From contig CM076000.1 in the NCBI GenBank assembly GCA_038087875.1, positions 124,001-188,000 on the forward strand: a stretch of 64,000 bases of DNA, given 5' to 3'. The notes under the pieces were generated by a model. The model was not told the DNA's origin and searched no databases. It saw only the letters and a program-made list of their open reading frames with translations. How positions within the stretch are numbered: position 1 is the first letter of the stretch; every line of letters begins with the position of its first letter. The DNA is from Malacoraja senta. Taxonomy: Eukaryota. Below are positions 24,400-36,985 of the stretch, piece by piece. Made by a program: the position numbers and the translations under genes.

Positions 24400-26063
24400 G
24401 TTCGGCAACTGTGACAGGGCTTGAATGCCATAACCTACAAGTCGAAATCAGGAGGCAGCTCAAACAATAGCGAAGTATCACTCCCTGACGAGCTCAATGC
24501 GTTCCACGCACGGTTCGATAGGGAGAACACTGATGTGCCTTCCCGAGCCCCTATTCGCCCTGACGGTATTACAGTCACAGTCACAGAGGCCGATGTCAGA
24601 AGATCCTTCAGAGGGGTGAACCCTCGGAAAGCGCCTGGACCTGATGGTATACCCAGTCGAGTTCTCAAGACCTGTGCAGACCAGCTGTCGGGAGTTTTTG
24701 TGGACATTTTCAACCTCTCACTTCTGAGGTTCCCACCTGCTTTAAGAGGGCATCAATAATACCAGTGCTCAAGAAGAGTAAGGTGTCGTGCCTCAATGAC
24801 TATCGACCAGTGGCACTAATGTCTGGTAATGAAGTGCTTTGAGAGGTTGGTTATGGTGCACATCAACTTCTACCTCGACAAGAACCTTGACCCACTACAG
24901 TTCGCATACCGCCACAACACGTCAACGGAGGATGCAATTTCACTGGCTCTCCACTCCACATTGGACCACATGGACAACAAAAACTCGTATGTTGGGCTAT
25001 TATTTATAGATTACAGTTCGACGTTTAATACCATCATCCCTTCCAAGTTGGTTACCAAGCTCACGGAACTGGGTCTCTGCACATCCCTCTGCAATTGGAT
25101 CCTCGACTTCCTCATCCATAGACCACAGTCTGTTCAAATTGGCGGAAACACTCCATCCTCAGTAACAATTAATACCTCAAGGCTGCGTGCTCAGCCTCCT
25201 GCTGTACTCACTCTATACTCATGACTGTGTAGCCGGACATAGTGCGAACTCCATCATCAAGTTCGCCGACGACACCACTGTTGTTGGACGAATCGCAGAT
25301 GGGGATGTCAGAGTATAGAAGTGAGATCGACCGATTGACCAAATGGTGCCAACACAACAACCTGGCTCTCAACATCAGTAAAACCAAGGAACTGATTGTG
25401 GACTTTGGTTGGGGAAGGATGAGGACCCACAATCCTGTTCACATCAATGGGACGATGGTGGAGAAGGTCAAAAACTTCAAATTCCTAGAAGGCACATCAT
25501 CGACTCTACTTCCTGAGAAAATTGCGGAGATTCAGCATGTCGAAGAGGATTCTCCTAAACTTCTACAGGTGTACAGTAGAGAGCATTCTGACTGGTTGCA
25601 CCGTGGCCTGGTTGAGCAACTTGAATGTCCAGGAGCGGAAAAGACTACAAAAAGTTGCCCAGTCCATCACCGCCTTTGACCTCCCCACCGTCGAAGGGAT
25701 CTATCGTAGTCGCCTCAAAAAGGCAGCCAAAATAATCAAAGACCCACACCATCCTGGCCACACACTCATTTTACCATTGCCATCAGGAAGAAGGTACAGG
25801 AGCCTGAAAACTGTAACGTCCAGGTTCAGGAACAGCTTCTTCCCTACAGCCATCCAGCTATAAAACACAACAACAAATAAGCTCTGAGGTCTGAATTGCA
25901 AAAGACTATTATTTATTGCACTATATTTATTATTTATTGAACTTTTTCTTTCTCTTCTCCCGTTATGTACTATGTTTACATATTCTGTTGTGCTGCAGCA
26001 AGTAAGAATTTAATTGTCCCTTCCAAGACATATGACAATAAAACACTCTTGACTTGACTCTTG
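24400..26063 (+). mobile_element. 5'-truncated Rex1/Babar-type LINE, frameshifted, in the MSL2-like intron
   Basis: RT motifs [46 protein letters not shown] and (CTTGA)n tail. Confidence 0.88.
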
Positions 26064-26333
26064 TTATTGATCATCTGCAAGTCTACTCAAAATTTATATA
26101 ATGGAATAATTAGGACATTTTTCTTCCCCTGTAGATGTGTATGTGCTGTTCAGACGTGTCAAGGCCATTACCACACTCAGTTACATAATGACAGTTACAT
26201 AGTGACCAATTAATGGGTTCTGATGTTTGTGTCTAATTTTTGAGTAATGCACAGTTTTTCTTCTTTTAGTTGTGTTGAAACTGCTTCACAAATACTTGTA
26301 ACCATATTTGAGAACTTTGTTTCTTTGATTTAG

Positions 26334-27340
26334 GTAATCTCCTGAGAAATCCAGTCGGTCCAAAAAAGTCAGTGTGCCAGCATTTTGTTTGTAAACGATG
26401 CACAGGGCAGAAAATGCGAATGAAGCCTTTCTGCAGTTGGTGCAAAGACCATGGAACATTTGTGGAAAATGAGCAACTTCGTATTCTTCTAACTTGCTAT
26501 AAGAAACTTTGTGACTATATAGCTAGTTGTGCCATAATGGAGGATATTTCAGAAAACAACACCTTACCAGTTAACTTGAATATTTTGTTAAAAGAAGGTA
26601 TGATGCTGGCGCAGGATGAAATGGAGTCTAGTGAGTTATGTTGCACAGAAAAAGCTATGAAAATAATAAGTAAATTGACGCCTCTCCAGGTAGTACAAGT
26701 GCAGGTGGTGCAAAAATCTATTATTTCTAATCAATCAAATGACATTGTCCACGTCAGTGTGAAGGACAGGAAAAAAGCTGTTAATGTCTTTACGAGAAAA
26801 ATTTGCAAACAAACCATGTTACAGAACAATAACAGTTGTAATGTAGAAAATAATAAGGATAAAAGTGGAATTCAAGCATTCACTGAGCCCATTCCTACAT
26901 CATCCACGCCACAATGTAACACAAGTCCACCTACCTTAAAGAAACCGACTGATAACAGACATACTAGTGTCACTGAAAGATTGAAAAATATGGTTAAAAG
27001 TTACAACGCTAAATATAAAACAGTAAAGAGATTAAGAATTCAAGAATATGCTGGTTCAGCGAAATCTATGTATAAAAAGCCAAGAGGGAAACCTGGTTGC
27101 AAGTGTGGGAGGGCAGCGTGTGCCCCAAGTGTTTTGACTTGCAGGGGGCAGAGGTGCCCTTGCTATGCAAACCGCAGGGCTTGTCTAGATTGTATCTGCT
27201 GTGGCTGTAACAATTCCTACATGGAAAATGGCACAAAGAAACTGGAATCCTTTGCAGTTCCAGAAATAGCTCATAAGCAGAGCAAATTACTAAAGAGTGT
27301 TGACAATTCAAGTTCAATGGGTCAGACAAAACAGGTGTAA
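26334..27340 (+). CDS. MSL2: MSL2-like E3 ligase, coding exon 2 (rest of RING, linker, CXC domain)
   Basis: Acceptor TTTAG| at 26333 joins in phase to give CAVC-G-NLLRNP..VCQHFVCKRC..KPFCSWCKD..ENEQLRILLTCYKKLCDYI. CXC GCKCGRA..VLTCRGQRCPCYANRRACLDCICCGCNNSYM at 27098-27214. Stop at 27338-27340; spliced CDS 1179 nt, 392 aa. Confidence 0.93.
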
Positions 27341-30074
27341 TTCTTTATATTAATAACACTAAGTGTAAAACATTATAAGAAATCTTGAAACATTTTAATT
27401 GATCGAAGAAACAGTGCCAACACTTTGAACATAGTATACCAATTTACATTGCAGTTTCTGTTTGACAAAGTGACTGCGTACTAATTTTGGCACGGGAGAT
27501 TTTCTGCTTGTCTTTCGAGGAACCAGTGTGAATATTAGACACTATCACTCCAAAGCAGAAATCCTGATGTCTTAAAATTAGAAGCAGAATTTTACAAGGC
27601 TTGTATTTGGCATCATAATTATGCTGCATTTAGTGCAAAGTTAAGAGCAAATTTGCATTGCAACAACACTGAATATAAATAGTTTACTCAGATTATTTTT
27701 GGCAAAAACACATTTTTATTGTTCAAAGCTCAAATAGCTCTCTGGCACTGTTAATAGAGCTGATAAAAGACTTCATAATTCTTTATGCACAATGACAAAC
27801 AAAAATAACAGGTGGCTGTCACTACAATTTCATTAAAAACTCAAACATTGCTGCATGCAAATATTTACACATTTTAAGATCTTGCGATATCAATCAGGCA
27901 ATGTTCACAGTATTTTATATTTTCTTTAGTTACAATTTTAAAAAAACAGGAAGGATCCCCATTTAATCATTTAGATTCCAAGGACTGGGTTTACTGTATC
28001 TGAACCAGAAACAACTTCACAATTATTTCAGAAAGAAGAATTGATTTGTATCTAACATTTTTTATTAAATGCAAACAATTGGTTATACTGACACTGTGGG
28101 GATTTTTTATTCATGAAAAGAGCAGATTTGGTAATTGACCTCCTTAAAACAAAAGACTGATTGCGTTCCACTCACTTTATTTTTTAACAGTGGGAAGTCA
28201 GGAACTGTCATTGATCAACTCCCAGGAGGTGGGTTGGCAATTTAAATATAACAAGGCTGCAAACATTATATTGAACCACATTTTTTACAATTAACCCTGA
28301 ATGCCTGAGTTTTTTAGGCCTTTGGATACCTGGCAGATAAAGGGAGGGGAAGACTGCTGAATGCAAAAGGTAAGTACCTTTTTGAGTAGACTGCTGCTTT
28401 ATTTGCTTTATCAAAGCCCATACGCCTGTCTGATAGGGACTGATAGACTTCTCTCCTCTTCCCTGCCAAAAATAACCCTTTCCAATCAATTCCTCGGCAA
28501 CTTGTCCGATCTCTTTCACAAAATCAGTGATCCTCCCCATGGTCTTTACTCAATCTGTCTTTTAGATGTTGGTCTCTACCTTTTTCCAATGTCTGATCTT
28601 CCCTCTTTCCACTCAGTTTGCAGCCTCATGCAGTACATCTACATTATCCATCCAACCTCTCGGTTTCATTGGTTGGGTCAGGGAAATGGAGATAATTAAA
28701 TGCTGAGCAGGATTGGGAATTAAGTTTGCCAGTGCCTGCAAGAAAACCATACCAGTTTCCAGGCCAATGCCCAACTGTATAAAAACCCCATGTCTTCTGC
28801 CTCTCAGTTTTTTTTTAAACCTGTTGCAGCTTATTGTTTGATAATATTGGAATTATTGAACCTGTTCATATGAAGCATTGTCATTATTAATACAATGAGC
28901 ACTTTAGCCACTGTCACATCAATTGTGCTTATTACACCACCATCTTGGTGCATTAGCTTTGAGTATCTGTTTAACCTCGTTTCTTTCAATGATTTCAGTT
29001 TTTCCATTAGAAAAAAAAACAGTAAAAGAAAACAAGGAGAGTTGAATATGAATGTAATTCTTTGCAATGTTTCAGATTTTTGAAGGACACTAATTTCCTC
29101 CAAAAATGTATTAAATACTATGTGAATTGTATTGAACTGCACTAAAACGTTTTTAATAGATTGCCTTTCTTTATCTCCCACTTCCTGACAAGTGGTGTAA
29201 AGCAGCAAGCTTAAATACAGTGTCTAGTGAAAATTCAGTCCTTGTTAATTGGAGACATTTTGCCACCCTTATGGTTGAAATGTAACAATATGTAGCTAAG
29301 ATATTGATACATTTTAATAAACTTAGTGCAAAATGTTTGTGCTTCCGTTCTTGGAACATAAAGTTGCTAAAGTTATAATTTTCATGATCCAATCTGAAGA
29401 GTTTTATATGCATTGATTGGATGCTGGGTGGATGTAGGGGTGTGGGCTGAACTGCAAGAGGGTTTATAGCAGTTCATGGTTTGTAAAAATAAATGCTTGA
29501 TGAAACAGGTTTTAAGTTTTGTTTTATTCTGTTCTGTTGATTTCATAATAATGCTCCCAATTTCCTCTGCTATTTTGCTCATATGAATTCTCTGCAAGGA
29601 GGAAGGGGTGCTGTCGAAGCAAGCCTCCATTTTATAATTTTGCTGAGCGGAGTAGTATGTGATGTAAAACTCTGCCAATGGCAGTTCCTGTTCTCTTATA
29701 TTTCATTCAACAAGTGCAGCATGCAAATGTGCTGTGTGATTGTAGTTCACTGGATTTGATCACTGGTTAGTGTTCATTTTGCTGACGCCAGGGTATTGTT
29801 GCTTTGAATGCCACTTGGCTCCAGTACCTCTGGCGTGCAAATGTGATCAGGAAGTTTGCAACTGATGTCTTTGTGAGCAGTGAGCTAGTTGATCTCTAAG
29901 TGGTGTCACAAAAAATTATAAGAAAGTTATTACTTTCAAGAAGGAAGATGAAAAATTGCTGGAAATAAAAAAATATTTGTTCACTACCAAGTGTCAAATT
30001 CTTCCATTGTTACTTTTTTTTTACCAAATCTCTTATAACACAAACATTTTAGAAAGATTTGTGACATAATTCCA

Positions 30075-30595
30075 TAAGCTTGCCAGGCCTTGTCCCGCCT
30101 CTTTTCCAGCTCTCTGCCTCTCCAACTTTACTTTCCTGCCCCCTTCCCTCTCCTCCCCACACCCATTCCCTTCCTCCTTATCCCTCTGGCTTTACATTTC
30201 TCCCCTCTGACACCCTATTGTCTCATTTTCACCTCTAGCCTTTGTCCACCCATCTGCAAATCAAAACTCCCCTCACCTGTATCCACCATTGGCCAGGCTA
30301 GGATAGTGTTAATGTGCGGGCATCGCTGGTCAGTGTTGACTCGGTGGGCCGAAGGGCCAGTTTCCGCACTGTATCTAAACTAAATTAAACTAAAGCTTTG
30401 TCTCACCCGTACCTCGTTTCCAGCTTTCTGCTTCCGACTACAATCAGTCTGAGGTTGGAGGAGATGCAAGTGGACCTCTGCCTCACCTGAAAAGACTGTC
30501 GGGGTCCTTGGATAGATATAGTAGATGAGGTTGGAGGAGGTGCAAGTGAACCTCTGCCTCACCTGAAAAGACTGGTAGGGTCCTTGGATGGACGG
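30075..30595. mobile_element. Composite of Penelope fragments and a SINE tail
   Basis: Minus ORF SIQGPYQSFQVRQRFTCTSSNLIY resembles the region before the PLE GIY-YIG motif and is locally duplicated. Plus-strand pyrimidine-rich PLE 3' region and SINE tail also present. Confidence 0.6.
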
Positions 30596-32206
30596 TTTCA
30601 AGGGAGCACGGGAAAAGAGGATTAGTTTAACTTGGCATCATGTTCGGCATGGACATTGTAGGCCGAAGGGTTGAGTTAAATGGAGTGGCAAAGAGGGGCA
30701 GCAGAGTTGCAAGAGTGTTTGGGAAATGAGGCCATGATGAGTTTCAAGGTAGCATGGGAGAGAGAACCAGGCGAGTTTAAAGAGAACTGGGGCCTTCATG
30801 TGTACTTTGGATCTCAGGAATCAGGGCTCCAGTATGTTACAGGGATCACAGGAACTGGATCCCAGTGTGTTAAACGAGTGTTATGTGTTAAAGATGGGAC
30901 CCAATTTTAATGAGCAGGGTTTGCCCTGCGCTAATGTACTTGGGCAACTCAATGGTATGTACTGCACCCAATCCTCAGGCCACAAGTCTCTTACCATGCC
31001 TCAGTTTGTTGACGTTGGTGGCCATTAGTGTTTTTGGAGCAGATGGCAGAATACGTAGTTTGCGTTTGATCCAAATTCTCATCAAGATAGGTTACCACAA
31101 TCATCTCCAGATGGTTCTACAGACATGATTGTCATCAGACATATAGCGTGGTAATTCCTAATTACCCTGTTCTGCCTTTTACATACAAAACCACAGAAAA
31201 TTAACAAAGCCACAGCCTGGCATGCTGGAGTCTTGAACGGCTGAAAAGCTCACGATACATTCATTAAGAGCTGCATTCTTCCTGTTGGAGCTTCAGATCC
31301 CACTACCAGACTCGGCTTCATTATTTGAATGAAAAATAATCTTTTGAGATCGCAATTGCGTACTTATCAAAGATCATTATCATTACCATTTGTAACAGAC
31401 ATGAAATGCTGGAGTAACTCAGAGAAACCGGCAGCAACTCTGGAGAGAAGGAATGGGTAACGTTCCTGGTCGAAACCCTTCTTCAAACTCCAGACTTCAG
31501 AGTCTTAATTAGGATCTCGACCCGGAAAGTCACCCGTTCCTTCTCTCCACAGGTGCTGCCTGTTCTGCTGAGTTACTCCAGCATTTGGTGTCTATCTTTG
31601 GTGTAAACCAGCATCTGCAGGTCCTTCCTACACACTACTCTTTGTGATGCAGCAGGATAAGAATTCACCCCATTTGGTGATTAGAATGAACATGATGCTC
31701 CAAAATGACCTCTGCTGTTAAATTTCTACAACATGTTTCCTAAAAATCAAGCTAACATCTGACATCTGTTAGCTCACCCACATTTATACTGGTCTACGGT
31801 GAATATTTTGACATCTGGCGCTGCTGCAATTAATAGCAGAGAAAGAAACTCGACTCAAGTTAAAACGATCAACCTTAACCTCTAGCCACTTCTAAAGATA
31901 TTTAATCTTTAAATTCTCAGCTTTGTAAGGTTAATAGGCTCATTTGTGTTACTGTTCACTAAGGAAACTGACAAGTTACTAATAAAATATTTCTTGTTGA
32001 ATCATCCCACATACAGCTAATAGTCATGGCTGATACAACAATATGTCAAAAGTCATATAGAAGCACAAAACTATTCTCTTCAATGTGTTCATAAACCCAA
32101 GGTGGATATTTAGTTTAGTTTGGAAATACAGTATGGAAACATGCCCTTCGACCCACTGTGTCCATGCCGACCATAAATCACCGTTCACAAGTTCTATATA
32201 TACATA

Positions 32207-32950
32207 TAGGAATGTTACAAAATTTTGAGATTTTAAAAATCAAGCCTGTAATTTATCCCATCAGATAAAGCATTAAAAAAATCTTTAATATTTACCTAAT
32301 TCACTTTCATATCTTGAGTATTAAAAACGTTATGGTCATTTTCATATTAGCATCTTCAATTAGCATCTTGTTCCCTATTGTTTTGTATTGACTTAACTCA
32401 AAAGCTGTGATCGAGGACAAGCCTTGTCACAAGAGCCGTTTTACACAGACACACATACAGATCGGTCATGGCTGCCGCCATGTTCAACATGGGGGCCGCC
32501 ATGATTAACATGGCGGCAGCCACAATCCGATCTGTATGTACTGTGAACGTTTTTAGTCAGATATTTAGCATGAAAATAGTGATAGGGAAGAAAATAGGGA
32601 AGAAAAAAAAAGAAAATAGTGATCACGGATAGACAATTACACAATACGGATAATGATCATGTTGCCGATATCGGGGCCTAAGTAACTTATTTCGCATCAT
32701 CAGATTAAAATTAAATTACACCAAAAAACAGATAAAATGTTAAATAAACATCCTATATACCTTTTTAGCGTGAACTTGTGATCTGCGATTTTAAAGGCCT
32801 TGAATTTGAGCCCCGACTTTCAAATCCAGCGATTCAGTAGATCAGCAACGTGATGAAATAAAAATGGGAACGGATGACAGAATGGGATTTCCTCTACATC
32901 ATAAGCCTGTTGTAAGAGGAAATCCCTCCCTGACAACAATGTAAAACCTG
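32207..32950 (+). mobile_element. Partial copy of the unclassified TIR element family also at 57420-58586, inserted in a V-SINE
   Basis: 32207-32420 is near-identical to the reverse complement of ~58380-58587. The host SINE is split (32110-32195, resuming at ~32975). Confidence 0.7.
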
Positions 32951-35369
32951 CCCCCCCCCCCTCTTTTTTGCCTCCACTCCTTACACACTAGGGGCAATTT
33001 TACAGAGACAAATTAAGCTACAAATCCAGATTAATCTACAAACCAGAGCACCTGGAGGAAACCCACATGCTCGAGAAGAACATACAAACTCCACAGACAG
33101 CCTCCGCAGTCAAGATTGAACCTGGGTCTCTGGCGCTGTGAGGCAGCAGCTCTACCAGCTGCATCACTGTGCCACCAACTTGGATATTTTAGCTGGTCCA
33201 AGAACTCATACCTATTTTAATGAACCTTACAATCAAACAAAACATCACCACTTATCTGTCAACTTCAGGTCTGAATCCTGATGGAAATCATACACACGAT
33301 ATTAGCAATACCCTGAGATCTGCTGTCTCTTTCATTGGACCAAAGTCATTACATCAATTGAAGCTTTTTCTGCTATTACAATTGCTATCATTGAGCAGTT
33401 CAATAAGAAAACAGGCCCTTCGAACCACCGTATACAACAATCATCAAGCACCATTAACATTAATCCCAATTATGCTCACCAACTCTCTCGAAATTCTACT
33501 TCTCACTTGCACAAAATGGGCCAATTAACCTCCAAGTCGTAATATTATGGGAGGAAAACAGCACTAGCTGGGGGCTTTTACATTCACAACAAGGATGCTC
33601 AAACTCCACGCAACACCGGGCATCAGGATTGAACCTGGATCAGTGGTAGTGGCTCCAATACCTGCACCACCCACGCTGCCTACTTAATCAATATCTGCAG
33701 CTGATTATAAGTGTCTACAATTAATTGCAGATGCCCAACAGCTTTGATTTTATGTCTACCAAAATCTTTACTACTGTGGTCGTTGCTATTCACGTTGCCT
33801 TCCACGTGAAGTCTGATATTTCTCCAATTAAGGTTCTTATGGAAATACAGTAAACCTTTGTTATGAAGGACCATGTGGGGAGAATGTTGCCCGTTATTGC
33901 TAATTATCCGCCATAAGTAACCGAGTACGGTATTATCATTGTATAAGAAGTAGAAACAAACAACTGCAGTTGCTGATTTTAAGACACAAAAGGACACAAA
34001 GTGCTGGAGTAACTCAGCCGGTCAGGCAGCGTCTCTGGAGACCACGGATAGGTGATGTTTTCGGGTCGAGACTGTTCTTCAGGCTCTCGTTCTGGAACCC
34101 AGGTGAGTTGATGGCCCCAGCCTGCTGGCGGCCAGGCAGGATCGGCGGAGTCAATGGTCGCAGTCTGCATGTGAGGGATGGGGGTGTCGGCGGTGGCAGG
34201 CGCAGCTTGGAAGCAGCGTGAGCCGGGTCTGCAAGTGGCCAGGGGTGGCGTGCGGGCAGCCAGTGGCCGGGGTGGTGGTGCGAGCTGGGGTCGGCGTGCA
34301 GGCAGCTGGCACTGCAAGCGGCCAGGGAGGTGGCGCGAACCTGGGGTGAATAAAAGAAGATGGACACAAAAAGCTGGAGTAACTCAGTGGGACAGGCAGC
34401 ATCTCTGGATAGAAGGAATGGGTGCCGTTTCTGGGTCGAGACCCTTCATCGACTTCCTATCCATTATAAAGAGGTCCGTTAAAACACGCTTTTACTGTAC
34501 ACTCTTGCTGCTTCATATTTTCTCTTGCAGTGATGAAACCTAGGAATGCAGCAATGAAGCATCCCTTTGGAATCGAGCTCAATGTCTCCTATACAGTTTA
34601 ATTGGTGCATGGAGTTGCCAAACCTCAAGATTTCGTTACGGCAGAGCAGTATCATGCTTTGGAAAAATAATAGCATTTCTTAATCATCACAGAAACCCTA
34701 CCAAACTATATTGTGGGACTACCTTCAACAGATGAACTGCGGTAGATCAAGAAGGCAAATCTCCACTTCGATGGGCACTTATCAGGCAATATGCAACAGA
34801 AACTTTATGGAAATACTTTTTTTTTAAATATCCAAAACTGTTACAAGGATAAACAATATGCATAACGCAGCTTCCTTGGTGAGTTTTTCAATCTCAATAG
34901 ACAATAGGTGCAGGACTAGGCCATTCGGCCCTTCAAGCCTGCACCGCCATTCAATGTGATCATGGCTGATCATCCTCAATCAATACCCCATTCCTGTATT
35001 TCAATATACACCTTTCTAGCCATGAGTTCCCAACTTTTATCAATCCTTTGAGAGAATAGAACAATTTTTAAAAAATCAATTGTTCCCTTTGTCCATTCTG
35101 ATTTCGCTGCAAATTGAAATATGAACTAATATTCAAAAAACAAGAATTCGTTTTTTTAAAGTTCCAAATACTGATAGATTTAAAATGTTACTTCGTTTTT
35201 CAAACATTTGGCATGGAACTGTGCTATTTTTCCCAAATAAATTTTATACTGTCAAACAAAACCTAGAGTGATGAAATACAAAATCCATTTTTATTACATA
35301 TGATTTATTGCATATAATGTTCTGTTCTACAAGGTTTAGGGATTGTTATTGCTTGTGTGCCATATTCCA

Positions 35370-35730
35370 TTGGAACATAGGAACAGCACAGAAACTTTTG
35401 GACCACAATGCCTGTGCCAAACTTGATGCCAAGAAAAACGATCTCTTCTGCCTGCACGTAATCCGTTTCCATCCAACCCCTATATATCCATGTGCCTATC
35501 TTAAAAACCTCTTCGACACCACTATCGTATCTGCCTCCACCACCAGTCCTGGCAGCGCGTTGCAGGCACCCACCACCCTCTGTGTAAAAAAAAAAACTTG
35601 TCCCGCACATCTCCTTTAAACTTTGCTCCTCTCACCTTAAAGCTACGCCCCATTGCCTTTGATATTTCCACCATGGGAATAAGGTTCTAACTCTCTACCC
35701 TATCTATGCCTCACATAATTTGAAATATTT
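35370..35730 (-). mobile_element. CR1 LINE 3' fragment
   Basis: Reverse complement of a CR1 ORF2 end and tail. Confidence 0.7.
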
Positions 35731-36129
35731 CTATCAACTATTACAGCAATGATTGGTGAAAATCAGAGCTCTGCAGTATGTTTGTCATCTCTAACTTTTT
35801 CACTAGATGGCATTAGAGAAAAACAACAGGAAGAGCACCAAACTGGAATGGAACGTACCGGCTAATAAAAACAGGTGGCCATTCCACCCATTAGGTCCAT
35901 GTTAGCTCCCGGCAAAACACTCCAATCACGCCTGAACTCCCTTTCATTAGACTGTAGTGCATTATCTCACGCAAGCCATCAACTCTCATTTTCGAAACTC
36001 TTGCCACTGACCTGCAAAAAGAATAGAACACCAAGTGCTGGAGGGGACCAGTCTGGAGATGGATCCCGGCCCGAAAAGCTGTCCACACATAGATGCAACC
36101 CGAGCCGCTGAGGTACTGCAGCAAGAGCG

Positions 36130-36468
36130 GTACAGTGGTGCAGCGGTAGAGTTGCTGCCTTACAGCACCAGAGAACTGGGTTAGATCCTGACTAAGGGTG
36201 CTGTCTGTATGGAGTTTGTACCTTCTCCCTGTGACCGCGTGAGTTTTCTCCGGGTGCTCTGGTTTATAGGTTAATTTGGCTTCGGTAAAATTATAAAATT
36301 TTCCCAAGTGATACAATGATACAATTTATTTGTGGTCATTTGAACCTCATTGAGGTTCAAACGAAATTTAGTGCGTAGGATAGTGCTAGTGTACGGGGAA
36401 CGCTGGTCGGCAAGGACTCGGTGGGCTGATGGGCATGTTTCCGCACTGTAACTCTAGACTAAACTAAA
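36130..36468 (+). mobile_element. V-SINE (HE1-like) with a small internal insertion
   Basis: A/B-box head, V-domain remnant and TAAAC tail. Confidence 0.75.
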
Positions 36469-36611
36469 CACATGTTCTACATTAGATTCCAGCAACTGTT
36501 CTTTGTGTCTAACTACAGTAGCCACTACAATAGCTACTGTTGCAGCTACGGTAAATTACAGCAGCCAATTAATCTACCAGCACAGCTTTGATTCCTGGCA
36601 GCAATATGGAG

Positions 36612-36985
36612 AGATTCAGATTCAGATTCAGATTCAACTTTATTGTCATTGTGCAGTGTACAGCACAGAGACAACGAAATGCAGTTGGCATCTCCCTAGA
36701 AAAGCGACATAAATATGAGCAGTAAATAAATAAATCTAATAAATCCTGGTGGGAGGAGTGTCCGGTGGGGGGGGGGGGGGGTTGATTGGCAATCACCGAG
36801 GTACAGTGTTGAGTAGTGTAACTGCCGCAGGGAAGAAGCTGTTCCTGGACCTGCTGGTCCGGCAACGGAGAGACCTGTAGCGCCTCCCGGATGGTAGGAG
36901 GGTAAACAGTCTGTGGTTGGGGTGATCAAAAGAAGAATGCACTGAATGTTGCCGATGGCTTCTGACAGGGCGTACAGGCAAAGTT
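36612..36985 (-). mobile_element. Rex/Babar-type LINE 3' end
   Basis: Minus ORF LFTLLPSGRRYRSLRCRTSRSRNSFFPAAV and (TGAATC)n tail. Confidence 0.75.

Noticed and set aside
15859..27340. Claim that this MSL2-like gene performs sex-chromosome dosage compensation
   Set aside because: That role is established for Drosophila MSL2; nothing in this sequence shows sex linkage or sex-biased function.
27341..28100. Poly(A) site of the MSL2-like gene
   Set aside because: Only ATTAAA variants (e.g. 27832) are nearby; the site cannot be placed without transcript data.
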